From: Octopus bimaculoides
Lineage: Eukaryota
Direction of reading: 5' to 3'
NCBI RefSeq assembly: GCF_001194135.2
Contig: NC_068981.1
Span: 129,300,330-129,351,348 of the forward strand
DNA: 51,019 nucleotides
Shown piece by piece: positions 50,131-51,019 of this stretch. A program made the position numbers and the translations under genes. Numbering within the stretch: position 1 is the stretch's first letter; every line of letters starts with the position of its first letter. Below the pieces are notes generated by a model. The model saw nothing but the letters and a program-made list of their open reading frames with translations. It was not told where the DNA came from and did no database searches.

Positions 50131-50217
50131 AAATTCAGAACTCTTGAATGTTTGAAGGTAAAGTGGAGAATTTGAATTCTTTATTCCAAATGTGGCTCAT
50201 CTCTACAAATGTTCAGA

Positions 50218-50346
50218 TATATATATGTGTGTAGCATTGGGATGTTCTAGCTTTATGCATATATATATGTATGTATATGTGTGTGTATATATACAAATGT
50301 GTATTCGTGTATATATGTGTGTGTGTATATGTATGTACATGTGTGT

Positions 50347-50387
<41 letters not shown>

Positions 50388-50405
50388 TATTTATATATAT
50401 ATATA
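50218..50405. repeat. Compound (TA)n/(TG)n/(TATG)n microsatellite
   Basis: Directly visible. Confidence 0.9.
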
Positions 50406-50499
50406 ATTTTTCAAAGTAAACTCTAATCATTACCAATATAGCATAAGATTTCACCTCAAAAAATCTAAATTAGATTCTTTAAGGATCATTCTCCTTGTT

Positions 50500-50637
50500 T
50501 ATATATCCAAAGTTTAAAATTTTTACATTTAATAAAGAGATTTGACACCGATGTTTAATTTATATCCATGTATATAAATTAAACATCGGTGTCAAATCTC
50601 TTTATTAAATGTAAAAATTTAAAACTTTGGATATATA
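50500..50637. repeat. 138-bp near-perfect palindrome (69-bp arms, 2 mismatches, no spacer)
   Basis: Centred between 50568 and 50569 (..tatatcCA|TGtatata..). The arm atatatccaaagttt(a/t)aaatttttacatttaataaagagatttgacaccgatgtttaatttatat was checked base by base. Confidence 0.95.
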
Positions 50638-50736
50638 TATATCTATATATATTCGTTTTATTTTATTTACTGATTGATTTTTCAAAGGCTGGATATACAT
50701 ATATATACATACATACATATATATGTGTGTGTATAT

Positions 50737-51019
50737 TATCATCATCGTTTAACGTCTGCTTTCCATGCTAGCATGGGTTGGACGATTTGACTGAGGACTG
50801 GTGAACTAGATGGCTACAGCAGGCTCCAATCTGATCTGGCAGAGTTTCTACAGCTGGATGCCCTTCCTAATGCCAACCACTCCGAGAGTGTATTGAGTGC
50901 TTTTACATGCCACCTGCACAGGAGCCAGTCCAGCGGCACTGGCAACGATCTCGCTCGAATATCTCTACACGTGCCAGGAAGGTGATGCTGGGCACAGGTG
51001 CCATCACGATTTTGCTTTC
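50737..51019 (-). mobile_element. Well-preserved RTE LINE 3' tail running off the right edge
   Basis: atcatcatcgtttaacgtctgctttccatgctagcatgggttggacgatttgactgaggactgg..., nearly identical to 14614-14758. Confidence 0.85.

Noticed and set aside
50192-50454. Tyr/Ile/Val/Cys-rich ORFs on both strands
   Set aside because: They are translations of TA/TG microsatellites.

Overview
AT-rich, repeat-dense animal genomic DNA with GT-AG introns and three assembly gaps. The repeat families look like those of an octopus (inference from recognition, no search run). Four protein genes can be rebuilt exon by exon with matching splice phases: (1) a TMCO6-like IBB/armadillo gene on the minus strand, running off the left edge; (2) MND1, complete at 205 aa, head-to-head with the TMCO6-like gene across 300 bp; (3) an 8-finger C2H2 zinc-finger gene (404 aa, minus strand); (4) CCDC86/Cgr1 (144 aa, plus strand). 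The rest is mobile DNA: RTE LINE pieces, two Penelope-like elements (PLEs), two tandem R4/Dong-type 3' ends, Tc1 and mariner relics, TTAA MITEs, several tRNA-derived SINE families and a disrupted intronless copy of an acidic prothymosin-like gene. The most unusual structure is the PLE in CCDC86 intron 3. Its 3' UTR carries a tRNA-like Pol III promoter followed by a hammerhead-ribozyme core and a tail. That tail recurs inverted at the other end of the element and as a TSD-flanked perfect hairpin in MND1 intron 2. Other leads are a KRAB-like motif in the first exon of the zinc-finger gene, tandem CDE/CHR-like boxes before MND1, and 2x2 head/tail shuffling among SINEs. There is no CRISPR array, rRNA or convincing true tRNA gene.
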